Shown here in pieces: positions 9,349-17,603 of a stretch of DNA of 64,000 bases. The notes under the pieces are model-generated. The model saw nothing but the letters and a program-made list of their open reading frames with translations. It was not told where the DNA came from and did no database searches. The stretch comes from Stellaceae bacterium (GTDB taxonomy: Bacteria > Pseudomonadota > Alphaproteobacteria > ATCC43930 > CGMCC-115725). The translations under genes were made by a program, and so were the position numbers. Every line of letters begins with the position of its first letter. Position 1 is the stretch's first letter. The DNA lies in NCBI GenBank assembly GCA_035555315.1, contig DATMGU010000060.1:74612-138611 (forward strand). The letters run 5' to 3'.

Positions 9349-10643
9349 AGCGGGAACACCCCGAAGACGACGCAGGCGATCGTCATCAGCACCGAGGCAC
9401 CGAGCAGCCAGGGGATGGTGTAGCGCTGATGGGCGCTGAGCTCGATGCCGGCTAGGCCGACTACCAGGAAGGTCGCCGGGGTCAGCGGGCTGACCGGGAA
9501 GCCGGTGGTCATCTGGCCGACCAAAGAGGCCTGGGCGACCTGGATGGTCTGGCCGCCCAGCGTATGGACCACCTCGGCGACGACGGGCATGACACCGAAA
9601 TAATAGGAATCGGGGTCGAACAGCAGGGAAAGCGGCATGGAGATAAGGCCAAGGACGAAGGGGATATGTCCGCCGGCGCTGGTCGGTACATAGCCGACGG
9701 CGGCCTGCGCCATCGCCTTGAGCATGCCGGTGCCGGTCATGATGCCGGTGAAGGCGCCGGCCGCGAGCAGGATACCGGCCATCAGCAACGCCGCCTTCGC
9801 ATGCGCGTCGATGCGCGCCCGTTGGGCGACGACGTTGGGATAGTTGAGGCTGAGAGCGACGACGGTGCCTAGCATGAACATGACGACGGGATCGACCCAG
9901 CCGCCGATCATCACCGCCATGATGAAGATCGTGAGCAGCAGGTTAGCCCAGAACAGCTTGGGACGGCGCAGGGCGATCTCCCCTTCGGTCAACGAGGGCA
10001 CGAAGACCACCGTGGCGCCGCCGCTGCCGGTCAGGCCCAGCCGCTTTTCCTCTCGCCGGCCGAGCAGCCAGGCCACGGCGAAGACATAGACCAGGCCGAC
10101 GACCTGCACGCCGATCATCGGGGCGAAGATTTCGGTGACGGGGATCTTCAGCACCGCCGAAGCGCGCAGGGTGGGGCCGGTCCAGGGCAGGAAATTCACC
10201 CCGGCGGCCATCGAAGCGACGCAGGCCAGGATGCGGCGGTCCATCCCCAGCTTCTCGTAAAGCGGCAGCATGGCCGGGATGGTGACCAGGAAACAGACGG
10301 CACCCGACCCGTCTAGATGGATCAGCAGCGCCAGCAGGGCCGAACCCATGACGATCCGGGTCGGCCGGCTGCCGACCGTCCTGAGGATGCGGGCGATGAT
10401 CGGGTCCAGCATGCCGGCATCGGTCATGACCCCGAAATACAGGATGGCGAAGACGAACATGCCGGCGACGGGGGCGATGCCGGAGATCCCGGTGAGGATG
10501 AATTTGCTGGTCCCGAGGCCGAACCCGGCGACCAGGGCCGCGACGACCGGCACCGCGATCAGCGCCACCAGCGGCGACAGCAAATTGAGCATGATCACCG
10601 CGAGGAGCACGAGCACAGTGAGGGCGCCAATGATCGCTAACAT
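9345..10643 (-). CDS. CitMHS family citrate/metal:H+ symporter
   Basis: 432-aa polytopic membrane protein. The N-terminus MLAIIGALTVLVLLAVIMLNLLSPLVALIAVPVVAALVAGFG and the overall pattern resemble CitM/CitH family transporters. Confidence 0.8.
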   Translation of the reverse strand: MLAIIGALTVLVLLAVIMLNLLSPLVALIAVPVVAALVAGFGLGTSKFILTGISGIAPVAGMFVFAILYFGVMTDAGMLDPIIARILRTVGSRPTRIVMGSALLALLIHLDGSGAVCFLVTIPAMLPLYEKLGMDRRILACVASMAAGVNFLPWTGPTLRASAVLKIPVTEIFAPMIGVQVVGLVYVFAVAWLLGRREEKRLGLTGSGGATVVFVPSLTEGEIALRRPKLFWANLLLTIFIMAVMIGGWVDPVVMFMLGTVVALSLNYPNVVAQRARIDAHAKAALLMAGILLAAGAFTGIMTGTGMLKAMAQAAVGYVPTSAGGHIPFVLGLISMPLSLLFDPDSYYFGVMPVVAEVVHTLGGQTIQVAQASLVGQMTTGFPVSPLTPATFLVVGLAGIELSAHQRYTIPWLLGASVLMTIACVVFGVFPL

Positions 10644-10661
10644 TCTTCCGTCCCTATCCTG

Positions 10662-10678
10662 TTCGGCTTCGAGCCGAA
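10662..10678. promoter_or_regulatory. inverted repeat TTCGGCT-N3-AGCCGAA upstream of the CitMHS gene
   Basis: Read directly: ttcggcttcgagccgaa, ending 19 nt upstream of the transporter start codon at 10643. It could be a second operator or a 5' leader hairpin. Confidence 0.35.
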
Positions 10679-10750
10679 ACTTGGTTTGTCAGGCCATGGC
10701 CCAACCCAGCGTTGCGGTAACTATCCGTGGCCGAGAGCCATGCAACAACG

Positions 10751-10771
10751 ATAGATTTCGTATAAATCTAT
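10751..10771. promoter_or_regulatory. perfect 8-bp inverted repeat ATAGATTT-N5-AAATCTAT (candidate LysR operator)
   Basis: Read directly from the sequence: atagatttcgtataaatctat. It is an AT-rich island in a GC-rich intergenic region, 6 nt upstream of the lysR ATG and within the divergent promoter region. Confidence 0.5.
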
Positions 10772-10776
10772 GCGGT

Positions 10777-11703
10777 ATGAGCATCAATTTGACCTTGCAG
10801 CATCTCGCCTGCTTCCTGCGCGTGTCGGAGACCGGCAGTTTCACCCAAAGCGGACGGGCGCTGGGCCTATCGCAACCGGCGCTGAGCCGAACGATCCAGC
10901 AGATGGAGGCGATGCTGGGTGCGCGGCTGTTCGACCGGGACACGCGCAATGTCATGCTGACCCCGACCGGCCTGGCCCTGCGCCCGATCGCCGAACGCAT
11001 GCTGGGTGAATTCAGCGGCGCCTATGGCGAGTTGGCGGAGTTCATCGCCGGGCGCCGCGGGCGCGTGGTGGTGGCGACGTTGCCTTCGCTGGCGGCCGTG
11101 CTGCTGGCGCCCGCGGTGGCCCGGTTCCAGGCCGGCTACCCGGATGTCGCGGTCGCCATCCAGGACGGCCTGGCGGAATCGGTGATCGAGGCGGTCGCCG
11201 CGGGCCGTGCCGATCTGGGTCTGACGGTCCAGGCGACGCTGGATGATCGCCTGACCTATCAGCCCTTGCTGGAGGACACGTTCGGCATGGTGTGCCGAGC
11301 GGACGATCCGCTTGCCAGCAGCGGCGTGGTCGATTGGACGGTGTTCCGGAGCCGGCCCTTCGTGGCGATGGCGGCGGCCAGCAGCGTACGGCGAATGACC
11401 GATGCCGCCTTCTTGCAGGCCGGTCTGGCAGTGCCGGCGCTCTATGAATGCAGCTTCCTCGGTACCACGGGGCATCTGGTGGCGGCTGGCCTGGGCATTA
11501 CCGCCCTTCCCTGGCTGACGCTGCCTTTGTTGGGGCCGGCCCCGCTGGTGTGGCGGCGGCTGGAGCGGCCGGTGATGCGGCGTTCCATGGGAGTTGTCAC
11601 CCGGATCGGGCGGACACCGGCGCCGCCGACCGAGAACCTGCTGGCGGCGATGCGCCGCGAGGCCGCAGCGTTGCAGTCTTATCCGCCCGACGGCGCTTCT
11701 TGA
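10777..11703 (+). CDS. LysR family transcriptional regulator
   Basis: The HTH region MSINLTLQHLACFLRVSETGSFTQSGRALGLSQPALSRTIQQME matches LysR regulators. The ORF-track start at 10270 is an antisense read-through of the transporter gene, so I use the ATG at 10777. Confidence 0.9.
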   Translation: MSINLTLQHLACFLRVSETGSFTQSGRALGLSQPALSRTIQQMEAMLGARLFDRDTRNVMLTPTGLALRPIAERMLGEFSGAYGELAEFIAGRRGRVVVATLPSLAAVLLAPAVARFQAGYPDVAVAIQDGLAESVIEAVAAGRADLGLTVQATLDDRLTYQPLLEDTFGMVCRADDPLASSGVVDWTVFRSRPFVAMAAASSVRRMTDAAFLQAGLAVPALYECSFLGTTGHLVAAGLGITALPWLTLPLLGPAPLVWRRLERPVMRRSMGVVTRIGRTPAPPTENLLAAMRREAAALQSYPPDGAS

Positions 11704-11783
11704 CTGTCGGTTCTTGACTGGCACGCGCGATGTCACGGCTGCTAGCGTGGCACCATCGCCAAACCATCCGGAGGATCGGCGCC

Positions 11784-12563
11784 ATGGATTTAGGACTTTC
11801 CGGCCGGCGCGTGCTGGTGACCGGCGCCTCCAAGGGCATCGGCCTGGCGGTCGCCCAAGAGTTCGCTGCCGAGGGCGCCGATCTGGTGCTGGTCTCGCGC
11901 TCGGTCGAGGCGCTGGCCGCCGCGCGGCAGGAGATCGCCCGGCGCCATCAGGTGGCAGTGACGGTCGAGGCGCTGGACTTGTCGCAATCCGGCGCCATCG
12001 ACCAACTGGCCGACCGGCATGGCGAGATCGACGTGCTGGTCAACAACGCAGGCGCGATCCCGGCGGGCTCGCTCGCCGATATCGACGAGGCGACCTGGCG
12101 CGCCGCCTGGGATCTGAAGGTGTTCGGTTATATCAACCTGACGCGGCGCTATATGGCGGCGATGGCCGGGCGCGGCAAAGGGGTGATCGTTAACGTCATC
12201 GGCAGCGCCGGGGAGCGGCCGGTGGCGGGCTATATCGCGGGCGGCGCCGGCAACGCGGCGCTCTACGCCCTGACCCGGGCGCTGGGTGCCGCGTCGCCGG
12301 CGTCCGGGGTGCGGGTCGTCGGGGTGAGCCCCGGCCCGGTTTCGACCGACCGTATGGTGACTATGCTGCGCAAGCGGGCGAGCGACGAATTCGGCGATGC
12401 GGAGCGCTGGGCCGAACTGGTTAGACCGCTGCCCTTCGGCCGGGCGGCGACACCACAGGAGATCGCGGCGGCGGTTGTGTTCCTGGCCTCGGATCGGTCG
12501 GGCTATACGACCGGCACGATCATGACCATCGATGGCGGCCTGTCGAACCGGGCACCGGCGTAG
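11784..12563 (+). CDS. SDR family oxidoreductase (atypical active-site region)
   Basis: The Rossmann motif VLVTGASKGIG lies just after the ATG at 11784. The catalytic region reads GYIAGGAGNAALYALTRALG rather than a canonical YxxxK. Confidence 0.8.
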   Translation: MDLGLSGRRVLVTGASKGIGLAVAQEFAAEGADLVLVSRSVEALAAARQEIARRHQVAVTVEALDLSQSGAIDQLADRHGEIDVLVNNAGAIPAGSLADIDEATWRAAWDLKVFGYINLTRRYMAAMAGRGKGVIVNVIGSAGERPVAGYIAGGAGNAALYALTRALGAASPASGVRVVGVSPGPVSTDRMVTMLRKRASDEFGDAERWAELVRPLPFGRAATPQEIAAAVVFLASDRSGYTTGTIMTIDGGLSNRAPA

Positions 12564-12567
12564 GCTT

Positions 12568-14271
12568 TCACCCTGCCTGACGAGCGAGGTGGCGCGCCGC
12601 GATATAGCCGAAGGTCAGCGCCGGGCCGAGGGTGATTCCGCCGCCGGGATAATTGCCGCCCATGATGCTGGCCATGTCGTTGCCGGTGGCATAGAGGCCG
12701 GGGATCGGCGCGCCGGACGGGTCCAGCACCCGGGCGTCGCCATCCGTCTTCAGCCCGGCGAAGGTGCCGAGATCGCCGACGACAACCTCCACCGCGTAGA
12801 GCGGCCCGGCGGCGGCAATCGGGGCGAGGCAGGGGTTGGGCTTGCAATCGGGATCGCCGTTGAATCGGTTATAGGCGGTCGAACCCTTGCCGAATTGCCG
12901 GTCCTCGCCGGTCTCCATATCCTTGTTCCAGGCGGTGATGGTCGCCTGGAGTCCCGCCGGGTCGATGCCGGCCGCCGCCGCCAGCGCCGTGGCCGTGCGG
13001 CCCTGCTTGAGATAGCCGGAACGGAGATTCGGTCCGATCGGCACCGGAAAGGGCTTGACGAAGCCCAGGCCGAAACGGCGCAGGAAAGGCTTGTCCACGA
13101 CCAGGAAGGCACGCGCCGCCTGGCCGCGCGGGGTGGCGGCGAACAGCGCCTGAATGAAATCGTGATAGGAATTCGCCTCGTTGACGAAGCGTCGGCCATT
13201 CGGCAGCACGGCGATCAGCCCGGGCTTGGCGCGGTCGATGAAATGCGGGAACACGCCCCAGCCGCCGCCCTTGCGCGGTACGCGGGAGACGGGAACCCAG
13301 GCGGCGGCATTGGGATAGCCCTGCTCCACCACCGCGGACACGCTCTCGCCCAGGCGCAGCCCGTCGCCGGTATTGGTCGCCGGCGCCGGCGAGTGGTGGC
13401 CGGCATTGTCCGAATCATGCGGGAACAGGGCGCGCCGCCGCGCCTTGTCCTGCGGGAAACCACCGGCCGCCAGCACCACGCCACGACGGGCGCGGACCGT
13501 GACCGCGCCGTCCTTCGCCCCCAGCATGGCGCCCTGGACCGCGCCGTCGGCCGCACGTTCCAGCCGCAGGGCAGGCGCCTCGGTCCAGACCTTCACCCCA
13601 AGGTCCAGCGCGCTGCGGAAGAGCCGGGCGGCCAGGGCGTTGCCGTTGGTCAGCAGCATACCGCGGCCGTGGAGGAGGAGGTCGCGCGCATGCGCGGCGA
13701 GCCGCCCCACCACATAGCCGGCCGAGGTCAGTGAGCGGGTCACGTTGAAGAAGTGCTTCAGCTCCGGCCCGGAGCCGATCATCAGCCCGGCGAAAGTCAG
13801 TTCCGGCAAGGGGGGCCGCAACCGCTTCAGCTCCTTGCCCAAGCCCTGGGCACGATAGGGCTTGGCCTTGATGGAGCGCCCGCCGGACCGGCCGCCCGGC
13901 GCCGTCGGGTGGTAATCCGAGAAGGCGGAGGCCGGCTCGAACTGTAGCTGGGTCTGGGTGTCGAAGAACTCGATCGCGGCGGGACCCGCATCCAGGAAGG
14001 CGTCGACGCAGGCGGGATTGAAATGGTTGCCGGCCTCGTGGCGCAGATAGGTGCGCGCCGCCTCCACGGTATCCTCGATGCCGTCACGGCGGGAGATCGG
14101 GTTGTTCGGCACCCACATGAAGCCACCGGACAGCGCGGTGGTGCCGCCGACCCACGGCGTCTTCTCCGCCAGGATGACGTCCAGCCCCCGTGCCGCGGCG
14201 CAGACCGCGACCGCGAGGCCGCCGGCGCCGGAACCGACCACCAACACGTCGCATTCGACCATCTTGGACAT
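12568..14271 (-). CDS. FAD-dependent oxidoreductase (KstD / fumarate-reductase flavoprotein-like)
   Basis: An FAD dinucleotide motif (DVLVVGSGAGGLAVAV) follows the ATG at 14271, and an AAGGAAG Shine-Dalgarno lies upstream. The C-terminal motif GLYATGNDMASIMGGNYPGGG is typical of this flavoprotein class. Confidence 0.85.
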   Translation of the reverse strand: MSKMVECDVLVVGSGAGGLAVAVCAAARGLDVILAEKTPWVGGTTALSGGFMWVPNNPISRRDGIEDTVEAARTYLRHEAGNHFNPACVDAFLDAGPAAIEFFDTQTQLQFEPASAFSDYHPTAPGGRSGGRSIKAKPYRAQGLGKELKRLRPPLPELTFAGLMIGSGPELKHFFNVTRSLTSAGYVVGRLAAHARDLLLHGRGMLLTNGNALAARLFRSALDLGVKVWTEAPALRLERAADGAVQGAMLGAKDGAVTVRARRGVVLAAGGFPQDKARRRALFPHDSDNAGHHSPAPATNTGDGLRLGESVSAVVEQGYPNAAAWVPVSRVPRKGGGWGVFPHFIDRAKPGLIAVLPNGRRFVNEANSYHDFIQALFAATPRGQAARAFLVVDKPFLRRFGLGFVKPFPVPIGPNLRSGYLKQGRTATALAAAAGIDPAGLQATITAWNKDMETGEDRQFGKGSTAYNRFNGDPDCKPNPCLAPIAAAGPLYAVEVVVGDLGTFAGLKTDGDARVLDPSGAPIPGLYATGNDMASIMGGNYPGGGITLGPALTFGYIAARHLARQAG

Positions 14272-14398
14272 CCCACGGCTTCCTTCCCGAGGCGTTCTTC
14301 CGAGCAGCGCCATCATCCGCGCTTATTCGTCTAACGCGAATTGATTAGCTATGAATAGATCCCGGGATCGCGGATGTAAAGATTCGCCTCGGCATCCC

Positions 14399-15148
14399 TC
14401 AAAGGGCCAGGTAGCCGCCATCGACGACGAGCGTCGTCCCGGTGACATAGCTGGCCATGGCGGAGGCGAGGAAGACCACCGGACCGACCAACTCGTCGGG
14501 CTCGCCATAGCGGCCCATGGGGATGCGCTGCAAAAACCGTTCGGACCGTTCCGGGTTCAAGCGCGTGGCCTCGGTCATCGCGGTGGCGAAAGTGCCGGGG
14601 GCGATCGCGTTGACGCGCACGCCGTCCTTCGCCAGCTCATGCGCCATGCTCTGGGTCAAAGCGCGCAGGCCGGCCTTGGAGACCGGATAGCTGACCGACG
14701 TGCCTGTCGAAACGAAGGATGCGATCGAGGCGATGTTGACGATCGCGCCTTTCGTCGCCCGCAGCGCCGGCAGGCAAGCGGCGGAGACGTTCAGCGCGCC
14801 GGTCAGGTTCACGTCCAGCGCCGCCTGCCAAAGACGCGGCAGGTCATCGCTGTCGATCGAATGGCGCGGACAGATGCCGGCGTTGTTCACCACGAGGGAG
14901 AGGGCACCGGCCTCCGCCGCGACACGCCCGGCCACGTCCCGGCAGGCCTGCGCATCGGTCACATCGAGCCGATAGGTCCACGCCGTCCCGCCTGCAGCGC
15001 GGATGGCATCGGCGGTGCGGGAGGCGGCCTCCCCATCCAGGTCGGTGACGATAAGCCGCGCGCCTTCCCGGGCCAGCCCCAGCGCGATGGCGGCACCGTT
15101 GCCCTGCCCGGCACCGGTCACGAGGGCGATGCGATCGGCGAGGAGCAT
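14399..15148 (-). CDS. SDR family oxidoreductase (FabG-like)
   Basis: Contains TGAGQGNG, NNAG and the catalytic YPVSK. The ATG at 15148 is preceded by a GGAGGA Shine-Dalgarno. Confidence 0.85.
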   Translation of the reverse strand: MLLADRIALVTGAGQGNGAAIALGLAREGARLIVTDLDGEAASRTADAIRAAGGTAWTYRLDVTDAQACRDVAGRVAAEAGALSLVVNNAGICPRHSIDSDDLPRLWQAALDVNLTGALNVSAACLPALRATKGAIVNIASIASFVSTGTSVSYPVSKAGLRALTQSMAHELAKDGVRVNAIAPGTFATAMTEATRLNPERSERFLQRIPMGRYGEPDELVGPVVFLASAMASYVTGTTLVVDGGYLAL

Positions 15149-15232
15149 GGGATTTTTCCTCCGGGCCCTCTCGATCGGGGCTTTGCGCAGGGGGACGAGA
15201 ACCATCCCGAGCGGTATTTAGCCAGATCATAA

Positions 15233-15248
15233 AACGAATTCGTTCGCA
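15233..15248 (-). promoter_or_regulatory. operator-like motif TGCGAACGAATTCGTT (copy 1)
   Basis: The reverse complement of aacgaattcgttcgca contains the 12-bp perfect palindrome AACGAATTCGTT. It lies 85 nt upstream of the SDR start at 15148 and shares a 15-mer with 16256-16270. Confidence 0.5.
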
Positions 15249-15291
15249 AGGGACAAATTCGATCCCCGCTCGGCACCCTTCGGAACGGGCG

Positions 15292-16104
15292 TCACTTGGC
15301 GCGGGCGGTCGCGCCGGCCTCGCGATCCGGGTCGAAGCCGAGTTCCGCCGACAGGCGGCGGCCGAAGCGGTCGACCTGCGCCACCTGCGCGCTATCGGGG
15401 TCGACAGCCAGCACGCCGGCATGGCCGATGACCGTGACGGCGAATTGAAGCTGGCCAGTATAGTCGAACACCGGGACGCTGACCGCATTGACGCCCGGCA
15501 CCGGAATGCCCTGCGTCGTCGCGTAACCCAGCCGCCGGATATCCGCGACCGTAAGCTCCAGAGCGGGCATCGAGGTGGGCAGGCCGATCTGGCGCTCGGC
15601 GCCACCCGCCTTCAGCTCCGCCCGCACCAAAGGCCGGACGATCGCGTCGGGCAGGAAGGCGGCGAAGAGATGGCCGGTCGCCGTGCCGGTGATGGTGAAG
15701 ACGGCGCCGGCGCGCAGGTTCACATGCACCGGCTGGGCCGCCTCCTGCACCTGGATGATCGTCGGCCCATGGGTACCCCAGACGGAAACGGTGGTCATCA
15801 GCCCCATCTCCGCCGCCAGTTCGGTCGTCGCCACGGCCGCCATGCGCAGCGGGTCGAAGCTGCGCATCCGCGCCAGGCCGAGTTGCAAGGCATAAGGGCC
15901 GAGCAAATAGCGGCCGCTGGCGGGGTCTTGGTCCACGATGCCGAGCTTGCGGAAGCTGACGAGATAGGCGTGCGCCTGCGCCGGCGCCATTTTCGCCCGC
16001 GATGCCAGGTCCCGCAGCATGGTCGGCTGCGCCGCCTCTACCAGCGCCGCCAGCAACCGCCCGCCGACCTCGATGGATTGAACACCCCTGCCTTCGAGCC
16101 CCAT
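15292..16104 (-). CDS. IclR family transcriptional regulator
   Basis: 270 aa. It has an N-terminal winged-helix region (VQSIEVGGRLLAALVEAAQPTMLRDLASRAKMAPAQAHAYLVSFRKLGIV) and a C-terminal IclR effector domain. Confidence 0.85.
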   Translation of the reverse strand: MGLEGRGVQSIEVGGRLLAALVEAAQPTMLRDLASRAKMAPAQAHAYLVSFRKLGIVDQDPASGRYLLGPYALQLGLARMRSFDPLRMAAVATTELAAEMGLMTTVSVWGTHGPTIIQVQEAAQPVHVNLRAGAVFTITGTATGHLFAAFLPDAIVRPLVRAELKAGGAERQIGLPTSMPALELTVADIRRLGYATTQGIPVPGVNAVSVPVFDYTGQLQFAVTVIGHAGVLAVDPDSAQVAQVDRFGRRLSAELGFDPDREAGATARAK

Positions 16105-16123
16105 CCGTCCCCCACCCTTTCCG

Positions 16124-16184
16124 CTAAGACCCAGGCTTATCTAAGATCCAGGCTTACCTAACAGGACCCAGGCTTCCCTAACAG
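16124..16184. repeat. tandem direct repeat array, 17-20 bp unit x about 3.4 (CTAAGAYCCAGGCTTAY)
   Basis: The units are ctaagacccaggcttat, ctaagatccaggcttac, ctaacaggacccaggcttcc and the partial ctaacag. The array starts 20 nt upstream of the iclR start (16104), in the divergent intergenic region. Confidence 0.85.
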
Positions 16185-16255
16185 TCCGGACGTCGGGACC
16201 GGGGCGGGCCGCGATGGGCGAGCACCTGGCATTGCGTCGGTACCGATTCGCCAGT

Positions 16256-16271
16256 TGCGAACGAATTCGTA
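16256..16271 (+). promoter_or_regulatory. operator-like motif TGCGAACGAATTCGTA (copy 2)
   Basis: Read directly. It lies 60 nt upstream of the SBP start at 16331, in the same orientation relative to its downstream gene as copy 1. Confidence 0.5.
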
Positions 16272-16330
16272 TTTAACTACATTGCGGGACAAGGTCGGAC
16301 GCAACCGGCCACAAGGGGGAGGGACCCAGG

Positions 16331-17566
16331 ATGACCGCATTCACCCGCCGGACGGCGCTGAAGACCGCCGCCGCCGCGTCGCTATTCGCCATGCCGGGTA
16401 TCCACCCCGCCGCGGCCCAGAGCAGGCTGGACACCGGACCGGTGCGCATCGGCGTGCTTACCGATATGTCGAGCTGGGGACGGGACAATGGCGGTCCCGG
16501 CTCCGTCTACGCCGCCAAGGCGGCGGTGCGGGAGGTCGGCGGCGAGGTTGCCGGGCGGAAGATCGAGGTGCTGGTCGGCGACCACCAGATGGTTCCCGAT
16601 ATCGGCCTCGGCATCGCGCGGCGCTGGTTCGATCAGGAGGGCGTGCATGCGATCACCGATCTGGAAAACTCCGCGATCGCGCTGGGCGTCGGCGAGCTCG
16701 CAAAGCAGAATGATCGCATCGCGCTGATGACCGGCCCGGGATCGAGCGAGATCACCAACAGCCGTTGCAACGACCGCACGGCGCAGTTCACCTATGACAG
16801 CTACGCCCTGGGCAAGGTGATGGCGCGCGCGGTGACGGCGCAGGGCGCCAAGACCTGGTTTTTCATCACGGCCGACTACGCCTATGGCAAGCAGCTCCAG
16901 GCCGATACCACGACCTTCGTCCAGCAGGCGGGCGGCAAGGTGCTGGGCAGTGTGGCGCACCCGTCCGGCACCATGGATTTCTCATCGCTGCTGCTGCAGG
17001 CGCAGGGATCGGGCGCCGAGGTGATCGCCTTCGCGAACACCGGCACGGATTGTACGAACTGCCTGAAGCAGGCGGCCGAGTTCGGCCTGTCGCGTGGCGG
17101 CACGCGCATCGCCGGCCTGTCGATGTTTCTGACGGACATCCATGCGGCGGGGCTTCAGGTGGCGCAGGGCGCCTATATGACGGTCTCCGACTACTGGGAT
17201 ATGACGCCGGAGACGGTTGCCTGGTCGCAGGGTTATCTGAAGGAGATCGGGATGATGCCGACCATGCTGCAGACGGGAGCCTATGGCGCGGTGCGGCATT
17301 ATCTCAAGGCGGTGAAGGCGGCCGGCACCACCAATTCCAGCGCCATCATGGAGAAGATGCGCGAGCTTCCCGTCACCGACATGTTCACCAAGGGCGCCGT
17401 GCTGCGCAAGGATGGGCGCGTGGTGCGCGACATGTACCTGGCGCGGGTCAAGGCGCCATCCGAGTCGAAGAAGCCCTGGGACTATCTGGAAATCGTGCAG
17501 ACCGTGCGCGGCGACGATGCTTACCGGCCGCTTTCCGACTCCGTCTGTCCCCTGGTCAAAGCCTGA
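16331..17566 (+). CDS. ABC transporter substrate-binding protein (LivK / branched-chain amino-acid type), orphan
   Basis: The N-terminus is Tat/Sec-like (MTAFTRRTALKTAAAASLFAMPG..AAAQ). The periplasmic-binding fold type I signature VRIGVLTDMS...AAKAAV is present. No cognate permease or ATPase gene is adjacent. Confidence 0.85.
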   Translation: MTAFTRRTALKTAAAASLFAMPGIHPAAAQSRLDTGPVRIGVLTDMSSWGRDNGGPGSVYAAKAAVREVGGEVAGRKIEVLVGDHQMVPDIGLGIARRWFDQEGVHAITDLENSAIALGVGELAKQNDRIALMTGPGSSEITNSRCNDRTAQFTYDSYALGKVMARAVTAQGAKTWFFITADYAYGKQLQADTTTFVQQAGGKVLGSVAHPSGTMDFSSLLLQAQGSGAEVIAFANTGTDCTNCLKQAAEFGLSRGGTRIAGLSMFLTDIHAAGLQVAQGAYMTVSDYWDMTPETVAWSQGYLKEIGMMPTMLQTGAYGAVRHYLKAVKAAGTTNSSAIMEKMRELPVTDMFTKGAVLRKDGRVVRDMYLARVKAPSESKKPWDYLEIVQTVRGDDAYRPLSDSVCPLVKA

Positions 17567-17603
17567 GAGACCGACACCCCCCGAAACCACGAGGAACCAT
17601 CGC

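Noticed and set aside
10270-10776. N-terminal 169-aa extension of the LysR ORF
   Set aside because: The extension is antisense to the CitMHS gene and then crosses the intergenic region. The LysR HTH begins right after ATG 10777, which gives a normal 308-aa regulator.
12532-13734. 400-aa plus-strand ORF
   Set aside because: It is antisense to the FAD-dependent oxidoreductase, which has the GSGAGG FAD motif and a conserved C-terminal motif in the minus frame.
16124-16184. Possible CRISPR array (also considered for 33093-33149)
   Set aside because: The repeats are directly abutting with no spacers. There are only about three units of 17-20 bp, and no cas genes are in the window. They are reported as tandem repeats instead.
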